Part shown: positions 61,655 to 64,000 of the stretch, piece after piece
Layout of the letters: every line of letters starts with the position of its first letter
Position numbering within the stretch: the stretch's first letter is position 1
Assembly: GCF_018350175.1 (NCBI RefSeq)
Contig: NC_058368.1
Location: 42,038,001-42,102,000, forward strand
From: Felis catus
Lineage: Eukaryota
DNA: 64,000 bases
Reading direction: 5' to 3'
Program-made: the position numbers and the translations under genes
The notes under the pieces: generated by a model
Database searches by the model: none
What the model was told of the DNA's origin: nothing
Seen by the model: only the letters and a program-made list of their open reading frames with translations

Positions 61655-61749
61655 AAAAGATAAAATGCTCAGAACTGTGGTAAGTCTGGGAGTTCTACTG
61701 TATAGTTGTACTTCATTTCAGTTCTTAAAGAACACAAAGAATCACCTTT

Positions 61750-62050
61750 ATCATTTATTTATTGAGCATCATTTATGTGTCTTATTCTAACCATAGAAAA
61801 AGAGTAGTTAAAAGAAAAAATAAAAGCTGGCACAAGTGAATCTTATCTTCACTGGGGAAGAGAGACAATAGACATAATAAATGAGTAAGGATAACACAGT
61901 GATAAGTGCAAGGTAAAACAAAGCAAAAAAAGAGAAATATGAAATATTTGGTGCAGAGTTTGAAATTTTGGACTGAGTGCCAAGGGAAGGTCTCACTGAG
62001 GTAAAATGTAATAAAAACTCAAATGAATAAAAAAGCAAATGAATGAATGA
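61750..62050 (-). mobile_element. L2 3' region (antisense)
   Basis: ATTTATTGAGCATC..TATGTG; CTTCACTGGGGAAGAGAGACAATA; CAAGGGAAGGTCTCACTGAGG. Confidence 0.7.
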
Positions 62051-63064
62051 GTTTCACCATCTGGACTTGGAAGCTAGCAACCATTCATCACATTTTCTCT
62101 ACAAGAAAATTTATTTGTGGTTCTAAACAACTGACTTACAAATGAACACAAGCTGAAATATACTAGAATCAAACTATATTTTCTAATTAAACTGAAAGTT
62201 TTGCTAATACCACTTGCTGGCTATTCCAAGTTCCAGTTGGCCTTAAAATATTCAAAAGCAGAGTAGCTAAACAAGATCATTTGTAACTGCCAAATACAAT
62301 TCAATACATTACCCTAAAGAAGCTATAGCAAGAGTGTAGCGATACCTCATAATGTGTAAAATGTTTGATTTTAAGATAAACCATCGCATTTTCTATTAAT
62401 TATTTTATGTATCTTTTATAACTACTACAACTCTAAGGACATGTATGAAGACCAAAATTAAATATTCTAAAGGAAATGAAATGGATGTTTTCTGCAAAAA
62501 TAAGAGTTGACAATGATCTCTTGTCTTTTATCCCCTTATTGGCTGTGCAACCAAAGATAATAGGATAATATCCAAATTTGTAGAATTGATGCTTAATAAC
62601 CTGAGAATAGATAATATTATTTTTGTAGTATTATCAGGAAAAGGTTCATATCAAATTTAGTTTTATTATGTTTACTGTTCTTTAATAAATTTTTCTACAC
62701 CCCTTTTTATAGCTCATGATGTCATCATTGTTTAACACCTCTGCAAAACATTTAAAATAATTGTCTAAATTAGCTCATAAATGTAATGATGAGGGGCTAA
62801 CATTATAAACCACATGTAAATTCCAGTATTGGAGTATTTGGATTAATTATTCTTTCATATTATCTCTGCAATGGCTCATTACTTTTAAATATTTCTGACA
62901 TATGTAGGTATTATGTTTCATAATATTTCTGACATATATATGTTTAATGATATAGCTAAATCATAACTATAAGTGAGTAGAGCCTTCCACACACATTTTT
63001 TAAGACCATAGGCTTTCTCCTCTTCAGTAATAACACATGGAAAAGGATATACATCTCTCCTTTT

Positions 63065-63286
63065 TAAAACAAAAATTGTTTACATTTATTTATTTTTTAA
63101 GAGACATAGAGAAATAGAACACAAGTTAGGGAGGGGCAGAGAGAGTAGGAAACACAGAATCCGAAGCAGGCTCCAGGCTCTGAGCTGTCAGGAAAGAGCT
63201 TAACACGGGGCTTGAACTTACAAACTGTGAGATCATGACCTGAGCCAAAGTTGGACACTTAACTGACTGAGCCACCCAGGTGCCCC
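63065..63286 (-). mobile_element. CAN-SINE
   Basis: Ends GAGCCACCCAGGTGCCCC; approximate TSD TACA(C)CTCTC..TTTT. Confidence 0.95.
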
Positions 63287-64000
63287 TACACCTCTCTCTT
63301 TTACCCACTGACTATTCAGTCTCCAAATCTATGTTCAAACTCCCATCCCTAACAGGGACTCTCTCCCTCTCCTGATATTTTGTTCTGGTTCCCATATTAC
63401 CTTGTTCTAAAAAATTATCTTGCTCTAGTTATTGCCTAGGAAAGAGGACAGAAATTAAACATATTATCAAATAAATACACAAATATAACTTTTTATAAAT
63501 GAGAAGAAGCAAGGAAATAGTGCATGCTCTCTTAGTATCTCCACTGCTTAATATATTGTTGAGACCTGGTGAACAAATGGATGCTACAACCATGAGCTTC
63601 TATGAATGGGTGGATTTAAAGTTACATAAATGATCCTGTGTGAATTCAAAATAAAATTGAGTTCTACTTTTTTATCCTTAGCTTTTTCCTTTCATTGCTG
63701 TGCACATTTGATGCCCATACCAATTAATAGTGTCAGTCAAATTGCAATGGAGTACGTTAAATCTCTGTGAGGTAAGATGTTCGTGGAACTTGTTGAAGCT
63801 CTCATAGCCCTCAACATCTCCTGCAATGCAAGGGCATAGAGAGCGAATCCTGCTAAATATTATTTTTGTTCCTGAAATCATTTGACCTCTAACTATTGTT
63901 TGTGAAAGATTGATCCGTTAGTTTGATCATTGTTTCCTTATTGTATAGTTTACTCCAAAGGTGATAAAATTAATAGATTTTTGAAGGTTATATCAGATTC

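Noticed and set aside
682..63308. Recurrent ORFs of the type MAQSVKRPTSAQVMISRSVSSSP... suggesting a gene family
   Set aside because: All are translations of CAN-SINE copies, not genes
1..64000. A novel multi-gene biological system
   Set aside because: No coding genes, operon-like structure or unexplained long repeat arrays are visible; known repeats plus unique non-coding DNA account for the content

Overview
This is AT-rich, non-coding mammalian DNA, almost certainly felid (cat-like), judging by about 30 tRNA-derived carnivore CAN-SINEs that include young SINEC_Fc-type copies. I find no credible protein-coding gene, RNA gene, CpG island or CRISPR array. The ORFs in the track are short and either derive from SINEs or microsatellites or look like chance ORFs. 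Recognisable content includes three MaLR (MLT1) solo LTRs, an ERVL LTR33/LTR41-like solo LTR, Tigger-type (MER44-like, Tigger13a-like) and hAT-Charlie (MER20-like) DNA-transposon relics, two old L1 3' fragments, degraded MIR/L2 pieces and many microsatellites. The window reads as a large intron or gene desert. I did not find a new biological system. The best-supported observations concern insertion history readable from target-site duplications (TSDs): a head-to-head SINE pair inside one shared TSD, a triple-nested SINE stack, a probable twin-primed inverted L1, an L1 splitting a MER20, and SINEs with internal deletions or duplications. Several repeat-free blocks may be conserved enhancers. 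Subfamily names come from my memory of consensus sequences and need RepeatMasker/Dfam confirmation. Boundaries of old repeats are approximate.
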